The notes below the pieces were generated by a model. The model searched no databases and had not been told where the DNA came from. It worked only from the letters and a program-made list of their open reading frames with translations. A program made the position numbers and the translations under genes. A stretch of DNA of 64,000 nucleotides from Mobula hypostoma. Its lineage: Eukaryota. The DNA is taken from positions 75,580,001-75,644,000 of the forward strand of contig NC_086097.1 of assembly GCF_963921235.1 (NCBI RefSeq), read 5' to 3'. Positions 40,818-53,121 of the stretch are shown in pieces (position 1 is the stretch's first letter; each line of letters starts with the position of its first letter).

Positions 40818-41862
40818 CAAGATCGGAAGGTGTTGAGCTTGCTGCTCCTTCAGGTTTACTTGTCTCTGCGCTGAATTGAGGCTGTGGCCTGCAACTAACG
40901 GGCTGCTGAGTCAGCTGCAGTGATGACTGACTTCGTGGCTGTGGACTCACTTTTGTCAACTTCAGTCCTGAATGTTATTTGCTTACTTTAATTGTTTGCA
41001 TGACTTGTTTCTTTCTGCAGATTGGGTGTTTCATGAAGAAGATGGTGCTAGCAAACAAGAGGGACATCTTTCAGACGGTTCATGCAACTATTTCTTTCAC
41101 TGCTTTTACAGCTTCCTTTTCTTTCAAGCGAGGTTCTGCTACTGTTGGAGTCTGTGATCTACATTTTGGTGCTGTGTTTTCAGGCCAATTGAGTGATCTG
41201 GTGTTTTGCCATTCAGTGAGGCGAGTGGGTGTTCAGCGTCATCTACCAGAGCTGCCAGAGGAAAGTGTCTGGGTGTGACTGTCTCTCCCTCCCCCCACTT
41301 GTTGCTCTTGGAGGAAAGTCCCTACATCTGAATGGTCTCTCTCTCTCCCTTGATGCTGTCGAATGATGGTGCCAACGTCCTGCGTCTTGGGCAAGGTTTA
41401 ATTGACACGGTTTGTGAATTGGACTCTGTAGTTCACATTATATGTTTCTGGTTTCTGGTCACTCCTTTTTTTTGTTGCTATTTTGGGCGATTTTGATAGT
41501 GGCAGCCTGCAGATAACAAATGACACCACGTTAGATTGAACTAGAACTGAGCTGAACTGAATATGACAGGAACCTTCCATTTTTTTGTTCTTTCTTCTGT
41601 GTTTTTTGCTCGTGTTGTTTTTTGTCATTTGTGCCATTTGCGTTTTTTTGTGCATGGGGGAGGGGTTGATGTTTTTCTTTGAAGGCGGTCTATGGTTTTT
41701 ATTGTTACATGGCTGTCTTTGAATCTTTGAATCTTTGACTGTCTTTTTTTAACAGGTTCTGTTGGGTTTCTTTGTTTTGTGGCTGCCTGTAAGGAGATGA
41801 ATCTCAAGGTTGTATATAGTATATGTACCTTGATAATAAATGTACGTTGAATCTTTGAATTT
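40818..41862 (+). mobile_element. Two nested non-coding retro-elements with Rex1/Babar-type ends (inner copy ~41035-41738)
   Basis: No recognisable ORF; outer tail 'atctcaaggttgtatatagtatatgtaccttgataataaa..tgaatctttgaa' resembles the Rex1 3' end (revcomp 22464-22530); inner copy starts AAGATGGTG and ends (TCTTTGAA)n. Confidence 0.65.
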
Positions 41863-42192
41863 TTATTGCTGTCCACTGCCACTCGGCAACAAACCTGGCA
41901 CAGCTATAGTGATTTTGTAAGGAGGAATGGACAAATCTAGTTCTATCGCATTGTGCAAAACTAATAGAGGCTTATCCAGAAAGACTACTGGCTACAATAG
42001 CTGCAAAAGATAGTTCAACAAAGCAAAGGGGGATGAATACTTTTGAACCACAGACATTTCAGTTTTGAATTTTTAGCTTTTCATTGTTTACAACTTCCTC
42101 TGGGTTTTTTTTGGACTCTACTGTGAGAAAAGGAGCATGTGATTCACAAATTAAATACTCAGTTAAGTTCATCAGAATCCCTGGTTGTAATA

Positions 42193-43169
42193 GGAAGAGG
42201 TACAGTCGACATTTCGGGCCAGGACCCTTCGTCAGGACTAACTAAAAGAAGAGATAGTAAGAGATTTGAAAGTGGGAGGCAGCGGGGGAGATCCAAAATG
42301 ATAGGAGAAGACAGGAGGGGAGGAGTGGATCTAAGAGCTGGAGAAGGGAAAGGATCGTGGGACAGGAAGCCTGGGGAGAAAGAGAAGGGGGGAGTGGAGC
42401 CCGGAGGGTGGAGAGCAGGCAAGGAGTTATAGTGAGAGGGACAGAGGGAGAAAAAAGAGAGAGAAAAAGGAGGGGGGAATATATAAAATAAATAAATAAG
42501 GGATGGGGTGTGAAGGGGAGGAAGGGCATTAACAGAAGTTAGAGAAGTCAATATTCATGCCATCAGGTTAGAGGCTACCCAGACGGAATATAAGGTGTTG
42601 TTCCTCCAACCTGAATGTGGCTTCATCTTGACAGGAGAGGAGGCCATGGATAGACATATCAGAATGGAAATGGGACGTCGAATTAAAATGTGTGGCCACT
42701 GGGAGATCTTACTTTCTCTGGCAGACAGAGCGTAGGTGTTCAGTGAAACAGTCTCCCAGTCTGTATCGGGTCTCGCCAATATATAGAAGGATAGAAGGTG
42801 GCACCGGGAGCACCACACGCAGTATATCACCCCAGCCGACTCACAGGTGAAGTGTCGCCTCACTTGGAAGGACTGTCTGGGGCCCTGAATAGTGGTTAGG
42901 GAGGAAGTGTAAGGGCATGTGTAGCACTTGTTCTGCTTACAAGGAGAAGTGCTGGGAGAGAGATCGGTGGGAAGGGATGGGGGGGACGAATGGACAAGGG
43001 AGTCCCGTAGGGAGCGATCCCTGCAGAAAGCGGCGGGGGGGGGGAGGGAAAGATGTGCTTGGTGGTGGGTCGACTGTACCTCTTCCTATAGATGCTGCCT
43101 GACCTGCTGCGTTCACCAGCATTTTTTGTGTGTGTTGCTTGAATTTCCAGCATCTGCAGATTTCCTTGC
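42193..43169 (-). mobile_element. Penelope-like fragment (pLTR + GIY-YIG on minus, 42193-43068) with a plus-strand terminal piece (43069-43169)
   Basis: 14-bp TSD CCCTGGTTGTAATA at 42179-42192 and 43170-43183; hammerhead motif 42204-42239. Confidence 0.92.
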
Positions 43170-44845
43170 CCCTGGTTGTAATACTTATTTATGTGTGCAA
43201 AGGGTTGGGAGTTGAATACTTTTTCAAGGCACTGTATATCTCAGAAGAGCATTCCTTCTCTTAACTTTACACACAGTTCCCCCAAGCCAAGTATTGAAAA
43301 TATTAAAAAATTGTTTACAAACATAATATATTGGAAGTACTCAACAAACAAGGGAGAGGAGAGAGAAACAGGTTCAGGTTGATGGTTATCATCAGTTCAG
43401 ATGAATGTTTCTAAGATTTCCTGCCAAACTTTACCTTAAAGTCCTTAAAGTTGAAGTTCTATCCAGTTTTGAAAATATTTGGGTAACTAATTATTTCTAT
43501 TGTTACACTGAGAGAATCACGATTAATGTGAGAGATTGTCGACATTACTTATGTTCAGACTGCACTCTTTTGACAAACATCCCCATCTAAAATATTTACT
43601 TTGCACTTTCACTTTTTAGATGCCTGTGGATCTACTTGAAGCAGATCTATTTCAAATGTACTGTGTTTGCCATCTTCTATTGTGTTTTAATGAGGAAATG
43701 AAGATGGTTTCAAATTTTTATTAAAAATTCCAATAACAGATTCTGAATAATTAAATTATGGAAATGGTTCTGTTCTTTCTGGTATATTATCAGAGTATTG
43801 GTAACAATGACATAGAAACAATTACTTTAAATTTACCATAACTTTTTACAAAATACAGTGTAAACAATTAAGAAATTCAACACTGTGAAATTGGAAGGTG
43901 TGAGATTTATCACTCCTGCACAAGCTGCTGTATTTTATCTCAGATCTGAGCATCTAATGAATATCATAGTACCTTCAGGCCTCTAAGTCAGTAATGAAGG
44001 ACCTTTTGTAAAGTAAGTTAATTGTTCATGTGTTGACTTACATTTCAAAAAATGTAAAATTGACCTTTGAATACAAAGACTTCCTCTTTAAAAAAGATAC
44101 TCTGTGGGGTTGATGACACACTGGCCCTGGCACCTGCATGTGCTATCAATGTATATGTTTCCTAAATTTTCAAACAATCTACAGCATGTAATCAATTTTT
44201 GGATTATGGTATAAATGACTAGACTCTTTATGTGTTTGCAAAGGCATATCAATCCACTGTGATGTGGCCAACCACAACCAAAGCCCAGCCCCTTCCCTCC
44301 CTCTTTGTTTTCTTTCCCTGCTGATGTATGTCATATGATTTACAGTACTGAAATTCCAGCTTGAACAATGTCCTGTACTTCCCCCCAGTTTGCGGTGTTG
44401 TTGAACGTATGACCTTGTTTATTAGATTTCTGTACTTTAACCTCTGAGCCACCTTTATCTTCTGTGACTGACCACACACCCCTGAAAACAACTATTGTCC
44501 TTCAAATAAAGGATTGCTGTGACTCTGCCTGGTGAAGAAATGTACCTTGTTTCATTGTATTTTGCATAAAAATAGGGGGCCACCATTCATTTTGTTATGT
44601 GCTCATATCAAGAACCACCAGCATTTGATCAATATGCTTTCTATGGGGTTCACAGGGGCACAAAGACACAAAACAATTTTTTGTGTACCAACTTATTGTG
44701 GATTACTTTGTCTGAACAAGCAGACCCACCTACAGTATTCAAAATAGAATTTGGAACGGGAAACATTCAAAGGTTGTTGGGGAAGAGTGGGGTTGACACC
44801 AGTTGGAAGTTCTTTCAAATACCTGCACATGCACAGAGGGTTACC

Positions 44846-46228
44846 ATAGAAACATAGAAAACCTACAGCACAGTACAGGCCCTTCGGCCCTAGGGTTACC
44901 CATAGCCCTCTGTTTTTCTGAGCTCCATGTACCTGTCCAGGAGTCTCTTAAAAGACCCTATTGTATCTGCCTCCACCACTGTCACCAGCAGTCCATCCCA
45001 TGCACTCACCACTCTCTGCATAAAATACTTACCCCCGACATCTCCTCTGTACCTACTTCCAAGCACCTTAAAACTGTGCCCTCTCATGATAGCCATTTCA
45101 GCCCCGGGACAAAGCCTTTTATTATCCACACGATCGGTACCCCTCATCATCTTATATGCCTCTATCAGGTCACTTCTCATCCTCCATCACTCCGAGGAAA
45201 AAAGGCCGAATTCACTCAACCTCTTCTCATAAGGCATGCTCCCCAATCCAGGGAACATCCTTATAAATCTCCTCTGCACCCTTTCTATGGTTTCCACATC
45301 CTTCCTGAACAGAACTGAACACAGTACTCCAAGTGGGGTCTAACCAGGGTCCTATATAGCTGCAACATTATCCCTCAGCTCCAAAACTCAATCCCACGAT
45401 TGATGAAGACCAATGCACCATATGCTTGCTTTTTTTTAATTTTATTTTTTTTTGCTCAGCATAACAAAACTTTCAATTTCCAGATACACTTACATTTACA
45501 TTTCTTCCCCTCACAGACATCAGGTATCAGAATACTTCCATCAAAATATAGATATCACCACAACATCCTATACAAAAGCCCTTATTGGTATAGCAGACAG
45601 ATTTACATCTATATACTGCAGAAAAGGTTTTTAACCACAGAGACAACTTGCGCAGAAGCTTTAATTGTCCTATGGACTCGGACCCCAAGATCCCTCTGAT
45701 CCTCCACACTGCCAAGAGTCTTACCATTAATACTATATTCTGCCATCATATTTGACCTACCAAAATGAACCACCTCACACTTACCTGGGTTGAACTCCAT
45801 CTGCCACTCCTCAGCCCAGTTTTACATCCTAATAATGTCCCGCTGTAACCCCTGACAGCCCTGCACACTATCCACAACACCTCCAACCTTTGTGTCATCA
45901 GCAAATTTACTTAACCATCCCTCCACTTTCTCATCCAGATCATATATAAAAATCACGAAGAGTAGGGATCCTAAAACACATCCCTGAGGCACACCACTGG
46001 TCACCAACCTCCATGCAGAATATGACCCGCCTACAACCACTCTTTGCCTTCTGTGGGCAAGCCAGTTCTGGATCCACAAAGCAATGTCCCCTTGGATCCC
46101 ATGCCTCCTTACTTTCTCAATAAGCCTTGTATGGGGTACCTTATCAAATGCCTTGCTGAAATCCATATATACTATATCTACGGCTCTACCTTCATCAATG
46201 TGTTTAGTTACATCCTCAAAAAATTCAA
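44846..46228 (-). mobile_element. CR1 3' portion (RT to tail), left arm of the inferred inversion
   Basis: IEFFED..YMDFSKAFD..GVPQG..FADD; (CATAGAAA)n tail at 44846. Confidence 0.92.
45430..45632 (-). mobile_element. 5'-truncated L1/Tx1-like 3' end with poly(A), inserted in CR1
   Basis: Minus strand reads KPFLQYIDVNL..* then a UTR and an A-rich tail with AATAAA; interrupts CR1 'gcaccatatgctt..ttaaccacag'. Confidence 0.6.
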
Positions 46229-46928
46229 TCCTCATGGCGGCCGTGAACTCCTCTGAATCTGTGCAGAACTCTAACCAACATTCCCTATGCACAGTGGCCC
46301 AGGCCAGGGCTCTTCCAGTCAAGAGAGAGAATTTTCTGCACTCCAAAGGGAACAGGGACGGCTGAAATTCAAATATTAATGAGCAATGAATGAGAAAGCT
46401 GCGATGAGACCCCGGGTTACCGTTGAATCTCTCTGGGGTTGGAAGGTATACTGGTTCTGAAGTGGACCAACTGGTTCTCCCAAGCTACTCTGGCTTCCTC
46501 CTTGCAAAAGTTGTCCAATGGCTACCTGGAATTCATGAATCTGCAGGCTTTGTCTGGAAATATCTTCACTGTGGCTGGTCACAGTGGATATTAGACTCTG
46601 ATAGCCTGCTGGGTCCATGTTGTCTCAATCATACTGTGACGAGAGTCCTTGACAAGGATGGATTGGACCCAAAAGCTGGTGTATCCGAGGCTGGGATTGA
46701 GAAACTGATCACAAAACAGTGCTATAAAAAATCACTGGTAGGCTTACAATTGAGCACTGAACTGATGTTCAGGCATTCCTTAAATACTCAATTCTTGGTG
46801 CCCAAAACATGTTATCAATTAACGGGAACGTCCTAAGCCCTTAAAGAGTTTGCGTCCACTATCCATAGTCCAGAGAGTTAGAGTGTTTAAATCTTGGAAG
46901 CTGGCATGGTTAGGAGTGTCTCATAACA
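46229..46928 (-). mobile_element. 5' LTR (46635-46928), PBS and gag N-terminus of a Tf1/sushi-type Gypsy element
   Basis: TG..CA LTR homologous to 57866-58347 in opposite orientation; gag MDPAGY.. and LLTGRALAWAT..FTAAMR. Confidence 0.92.
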
Positions 46929-47105
46929 CAGACAATCTCTGAAGACTATTGATAATGGCTGGGGTCACCTGTCTTGTAAAGACACCACACAAAGGAAGGC
47001 AATAGCAAACCACTTCTAAAGAAAAATTTGCCAAGAACAATTACTGTCATGGAAAGACCCATGATCACCAACATCATATGCCATGGCATGTAACAGATGA
47101 ATAAT
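46929..47105 (+). mobile_element. 3' half of an RTE-type SINE-like repeat (5' half at 58348-58572, minus)
   Basis: Contains GAAGGCAATAGCAAACCAC, similar to BovA/Sauria-type RTE-mobilised repeats; joins the 58348-58572 revcomp through CAGAC. Confidence 0.65.
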
Positions 47106-47541
47106 TTATCTTAAAAATGATGACTTACAGCTGCCACAAAAAACAACAAATTTCATGACAAATTTCAGTGATAATAAACCTGATTTTAATTCTGGTTGAA
47201 ACTAATTGTGATCTCATTAGAATTCTTATGTTGGGATCCTGTGTTTGGATGAGGACCCGTACTATGGAACTTTGAATTTGAGTTTTATTTGCCTGCCCAG
47301 AAAATGTCATTTGATCGTTTGTGGCCAGGACCAAAGCAAAGATGTTAACCTTCATCAAAGTACAATCTTCTTCAGTTGCCCAATTGAAATCCGATGACGA
47401 CATCCACTCCTTTAACGGTGAGATCTTTACAGATCTATACAGTCCTATCCTGGACCCACAAGCTCTATTGCAGGTGGGACATGTAGTGGTGGTAGTGGTG
47501 GCAACCATGGCTGCATTTCTCCTGACTCTCTTCTGCTGTCT

Positions 47542-48168
47542 TAGAAACATAGAAACATAGAAAATAGGTGCAGGAGTAGGCCATTCAGCCCTTCGAGCCT
47601 GCACCGCCATTTATTATGATCATGGCTGATCATCCAACTCAGAACCCCGCCCCAGCCTTCCCTCCATACCCCCTGACCCCCGTAGCCACAAAGGCCATAT
47701 CTAACTCCCTCTTAAATATAGCCAATGAACTGGCCTCAACAGTTTCCTGTGGCAGAGAATTCCACAGATTCACCACTCTCTGTGTGAAGAAGTTTTTCCT
47801 AATCTCGGTCCTAAGAGGCTTCCCCTCTATCCTCAAACTGTGACCCCTCGTTCTGGACTTCCCCAACATCGGGAACAATCTTCCTGCATCTAGCCTGTCC
47901 AATCCCTTTAGGATCTTATACGTTTCAATCAGATCCCCCCTCAATCTTCTAAATTCCAACGAGTACAAGCCCAATTCATCCAGTCTTTCTTCATATGAAA
48001 GTCCTGCCATCCCAGGAATCAATCTGGTGAACCTTCTTTGTACTCCCTCTATGGCAAAGATGTCTTTCCTCAGATTAGGGGACCAAAACTGCACACAATA
48101 CTCCAGGTGTGGTCTCAGAAAGGCCTTGTACAACTGCAGTAGTACCTCCCTGCTCCTGTACTCGAATC
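47542..48168 (-). mobile_element. Young 5'-truncated CR1 (same family as 2670-7411)
   Basis: Peptide almost identical to 6715..7314; (CATAGAAA)n tail. Confidence 0.95.
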
Positions 48169-48515
48169 TGGTTGTTCTTTCCATCTCTAGAATACGAACC
48201 CCGTCCCAACACAGCTGTCGCCACGTGGTACGGTCAGCAGCAACATCCTTCAGGTCCTCGGGTCTGATCTTGCACTTCCTTAAAGCATTCTTCATCTGAT
48301 CTTTATAGCGCTTCTTCGGCCCTCCAGCTGAGCATCAACCATGATGTAGCTGGCCGTATAACACTCTGCGGGGTAGCCAACATGGCGGCATCCTTATCAC
48401 ATGTCCCAGCCACTGCAGTTGACACTGGGTGATCATGGCCTCAATACTCCTGCAGTTGGTCTTTACAAGTATTTCAGTGTGAGCACCCGCTCACACCAGG
48501 TAATTCCCAGGATGC

Positions 48516-48682
48516 AACACTCACAACACACTGGAGGAACTCAGCAGGTCAGGCAGCATCTGTTGAAACGATGAGTCGACGTTTCGGGCCGGAACCCTTC
48601 GTCAGGACTGAAGAGGGAAGGGGCAGAGGCCCTATAAAGAAGGTGGGGGAGGATGGGAAGGAGAAGGCTGGTAGGTCCAAAA
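48516..48682 (-). mobile_element. Penelope terminal fragment (second subfamily)
   Basis: TSD AATTCCCAGG(A/T)TG(C/T) at 48502-48515 and 48683-48696; contains a hammerhead motif. Confidence 0.88.
48574..48609 (-). ncRNA. Minimal type-I hammerhead ribozyme motif, best-preserved copy
   Basis: AGTC-CTGACGA-A-GGGT(TCCG)GCCC-GAAA-CG-TC^GACT; core and helices intact. Confidence 0.85.
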
Positions 48683-50694
48683 AATTCCCAGGTTGTGCTG
48701 GAGGCAGCTTATGTGGAAGCGCTCCAAGGATTGATGTGACGGCTGTAGGTTACCCAAGCTTCACAGCTATAAAGGAGGGTGGTGACACAAACCATTTGAT
48801 ATAGGGCAACCTTTGTCGAGGGACGAAGGCTCCTGTTCTGAAAGACTCTACGCAGAAGTCTCCCAAAGGCAGCTGATGCCTGTTTAATGCAGCTCTGGAT
48901 GTTGTTGTCAATGCCACAGAGGGAATGCTTCTCAGATATTTGAAAGATGGCAATACTGACACGGTGAACAATACCTGGAACTTACATATGGTTGAAGTCT
49001 GACGGCGATGGGGTGTCTGGCAATGGGAGCAGGTATGAATGGACTGGGAGCTCCTAGTCAGAACCCTGCATGGCAACGGCACAGGGTATTTGGTCGCTAG
49101 CAGCTGGGACTGAGTGGCAGCTGTTTTCAGCAGACCGCTGTGCAACTGAGCAGCCCTATTTAGGGACCGCACTGCTCACCCCAATTGGGGAAGGGCCTAC
49201 TGGAATATTATGCTTTTGATTACTAGGGTGCTAGTTTTGGCTTCTTCGGAATATCTTGATACAACAGGGCACAGAAGCACTGCACTGTTTAACTTCATTG
49301 GGTGTGGGAATGCCAGAAGCAGATTATATTCTTAATGAGATAGATAGGATTGCAGTAGAAAATAGGCAAGATCAGGATATATTCTAATTCTGTGCCCATG
49401 TGATCCAGGGAAGATCACATGCAAACTTCATGGTGCCTGTTCGATGCTGTGAATGTAACATTTGGGCACCAAACAACCACATTGTTCAGTGGATCAACGC
49501 CTCAACAGTGAGTTCACTTTCATGTGGAGCTGAAGCCAGTTGAAGCCACCATGAACCTCTTCAAACTGAAAGGCATTTTGACTTCAGTACCTGCTGAGAA
49601 CCAATGTAGTAGTGAATACAATTCAAACAGCATGATGCAATGCAAGAGAGAATGCATCCCATCTTGCTCTAAAGATGGACGATATGACAAATTCCATTGC
49701 AATTGCAACAATAACATCCACAATCCACAAAGCTGTATACCAGTTCTGCTGCTCCTTTCTTTTAAAGATACGACCAGGAGTCAGACCACATGGACTTGAG
49801 ATTAATGGCCCTTGAGTGATATTGCAGACAGTCAGTGAAATGCTGCAGGTATCCTCTGCTCCAGCAGGAAAGAGAATGATATGCAGAAGTCAATGGGCGC
49901 CGTGAACTGAACTATAATTACTAAAGCTCCCTTGCTTAGATTTTCCATTGTAGTTATCATTGAAGCATGTTGTGCAGTTCAATGAATCAATGGCAGTTCT
50001 TGCATTGCTGAAGTAGAAGTAGGGGAATTGCTCCCAGGAGAACCTTGGTGGATATGGAATCCTACTGAAGGGTCTTCTCATTCTTCCCTCTTCCAGCAGG
50101 TTGTTTTATCTTGTGAGTCCTTTGTTCATTTGCCTAATATTGCTTCACTCTGGAATGTATGGCGAATAGAGTTCTGAAACTAGGTGGGTATTGCAGAAGC
50201 ACTCGTAGAAGACAACAGGAGGTGACTGAGCTCCTGGCAACCCCTTCGCTGTCAACTCAAAAGAATGCTGCAAGAACCAAACAGTACTCAAAGATAACTT
50301 GCATTGAATAACTCTATTGGTTTTCTAGCCAAAATTCTAAATGATTCATTGGAACATTTTGATCATTTCATAATGATTCATCTTAGATGGAGCAGATAAC
50401 CAAACAAGGTGTATCTTGAAAAATCTGGGGCATCCAGTAGTTAATCTGAGAGCCACAGTGGGAATCCAGAAACCAAACTTGCTGTGAAAAAGATGTCAGC
50501 TATTTCTCCCTGAAAGGCAAGAATATTTGTGGTGAAAGAAAGATAATATACTGTTCCTGACTTATAAATTAGATATATTGGGTTGGTATAAAAGTCCAAT
50601 GAAAAGTGTGTTCGAGCAAGAGTGGACAGGGAATTATAGTACGCAATAGGAAGTTTCAGGCTATACATCAGAACAGAATAGTCTATTTATCTCC

Positions 50695-52545
50695 TGTGAT
50701 CACAATTCTATCTCCTTGTGATCACAATTCTATTTCCTTTACCATAGTATTGGAGAGGGATAGGAACAGGCAAGTTAGGGAAGTGTTTAGTTGGAGTAAG
50801 GGGAAATATGAGGCTATCAGGCAGGAACTTGGAAGCATAAATTGGGAACAGATGTTCTCAGCGAAATGTACAAAAGAAATGTGGCAAACGTTCGGGGATA
50901 TTTGCATGGAGTTCTACAAAGATACGTTCCAATGAGACAGGGAAAGGATGGTAGGGTACAAGAACCGGGTGTACAAAGGCTGTTGTAACTTTTGTCAAGA
51001 AAAGAAGAAGAGTTTATGAAAGGTTCAAAAAACTAGGTAATGATAGAGATCTAGAAGATTATAAGGCTAGCAGGAAGGAGCTTAAGAATGAAATTAGGAG
51101 AGCCAGAAGGGGCCATGAGAAGGCCTTGGTGGACAGGATTAAGGAAAACCCCAAGGCATTCTACAAATATGTGAAGAGCAAGATAAGACGTAAGAGAATA
51201 GGACCAATCAAGTGTGACAATGGAAAAGTGTGTATGGAACTGGAGGAGATAGCAGAGGCCCTTAATGAATACTTTGCTTCAGTATTCACTACGGAAAGGG
51301 TTCTTGGCGATTGTAGGCATGACTTACAGTGGACTGAAAAGCTTGAGCATGTAGATATTAAGAAAAAGTATGTGCTGGAGCTTTTGGAAAGCATCAAGTT
51401 GGATAAGTCACGAGACCGGACAAGATGTACCCCAGGCTACTGTGGAGGCAAGGGAGGAGGTTGCTGAGCCTCTGGCGATAATCTTTGCATCATCAATGGG
51501 GACAGGAGAGGTTCCAGAGGATTGGAGGGTTGCAGATGTTGTTCCAGTCATTGGTAAGTTGATGAAGAAGATCCTGAGAGGCAGGATTTATGAACATTTG
51601 GAGAGGCATAATATGATTAGGAACAGTCAGCATGGCTTTGTCAAAAGCAGGTCGTGCCTTACGAGCCTGATTGAATTTTTTGAGGAGGTGACTAAACACA
51701 TTGATAAAGGTAGAGCAATAGATGTAGTGTATATGGATTTCAGCAACGCATTTGACAAGGTACCCCATGCAAGGCTTATTGAGAAAGGAAGGAGGCATGG
51801 GATCCAAGGGTACATTGCTTTGTGGATCCAGAACTGGCTTGCCCACAGAAGGCAAAGAGTTGTTGTAGATGGGTCATATTCTGCATGGAGGTTGCTGACC
51901 AGTGGTGTGCCTCAGGGATCTGTTCTGGGACCCCTTATCTTTATGTATTTTATAAATGACCTGGATAAGGAAGTGGAGAGATGGGTTAGTAAATTTGCTG
52001 ATGACACAAAGGTTGGAGGTGTTGTGGATAGAGTGGAGGGCTGTTAGAGGTTACAGCGGGACACTGATAGGATGCAAAACTGGGCTGAGAAGTGACAGAT
52101 GGAATTCAACCTAGATAAGTGTGAGGTAGTTCATTTTGGTAGGTCAAATATTATGACAGAATTTAGTATCAATGGTAAGATTCTTGGCAGTGTGGAGGAT
52201 CAGAGGGATCTTGGGGTCTGAGTCCATAGGACACTCAAAGCTGTTGCGCGGGTTGACTCTGTGGTTAAGAAAGCATATGGTGCATTGGCCTTCATCAATT
52301 GTAGGATTGAGTTTAGGAGCCAAGAGATAATGTTGCAGCTATGTAGGACCCTGGTCAGAGACCATTTGGAGTACTGTGTTCAGTTCTGGTCAGGAAGGAT
52401 GTGGAAACCATAGAAAGGGTGCAGAGGAGATTTACAAGGATGTTGCCTGGATTGGAGAACATGCCTTATGAGAATAGGTTGAACGAACTTGGCCTTTTTT
52501 CCTTGGAGAGATGGAGGATGAGAGGTGACCTGATAGAAGTTTATA
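50695..52545 (+). mobile_element. CR1 ORF2 fragment truncated at both ends, right arm of the inferred inversion
   Basis: ORFs 51126..51467 and 51370..52047; 51669-52545 is inverted-homologous to ~45160-46228. Confidence 0.92.
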
Positions 52546-53121
52546 TACCTGATAGAGCCAGTTGAGCCTCAGACGGCCTAATGAAGATGCGACGGGGGGA
52601 CAATCAGCAGCCGACTACGCAATCGAATTTCAGACCTTGGCCTAGGGGAGTGGTTGGAACGGGGAGGTCTTGGCCAAGGTCTACTACCACGGACTCGGAG
52701 ACAAACCGAAAGATGCCCTCACCTTGGGAGAACCAGCAGAGAACTTAGAGATTCTGATCGACCAATACATCCGCCTTGTCTGGCAGAGCAAACGTGGGTC
52801 TACTTCAGGAGTTCAGGAGAAGAAAGTCAGTCTGAGCCCGGTCCCTACACATCGCAGTCCCACTCCCCAAAGTCAGGCCACGACCAACCCGTCATCTGCT
52901 TCAGATCTAGTCGAACCCATGCAGGTCGGTTGCACTAAATCTTGGCCAATTAGAGAACCCGGTGTCAGAGTTGAGGTTGCTGCTTTTACTGCAGGGAAAC
53001 AGGTCATCTACGGGCTAAATGTCTGAAACTGCAGCCACCTGGGGAACTGCTAAGACCATCCAGTGTTGGGAGGAATATGACAGCAGCAGCCATTACGTCC
53101 AATCCTGTGGATTCTGGAGGA

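Larger units (their letters stand above)
40315..43234 (+). mobile_element. Tc1-like DNA transposon relic (pieces 40315-40817, 41863-42192, 43184-43234) interrupted by retroelements
   Basis: WKIVWSDETEMEL (inverted, ~40350-40410); YREILDKNL..FQQDSNPKHTA..PDLNPIEH; FCKEEW; TGAATACTTTT repeats at ~42035 and ~43213; ends GGCACTG followed by TA. Confidence 0.88.
47365..49200 (-). mobile_element. Internally deleted RTE LINE (putative 5'UTR + ORF C-terminus), interrupted by CR1 and Penelope
   Basis: FKYLRS, CPTCNRACGSRIGLY zinc-binding end, (GAA)n tail near 47365; 48975-49200 is non-coding and hairpin-rich. Confidence 0.8.

Noticed and set aside
45822..46346. 174-aa gag-RT fusion ORF
   Set aside because: Junction of sushi gag with CR1 RT; both partners are disrupted nearby.
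46929..47040. HDV-like or twister ribozyme in the SINE-like repeat
   Set aside because: Small hairpins are present but I could not build the required pseudoknots.
47639..48295. 218-aa ORF as a novel gene
   Set aside because: Chance in-frame junction of RTE C-terminus and an inserted CR1 fragment.
49500..50450. Coding exons inside the inverted segment
   Set aside because: Only short ORFs without recognisable motifs or coherent splice structure.
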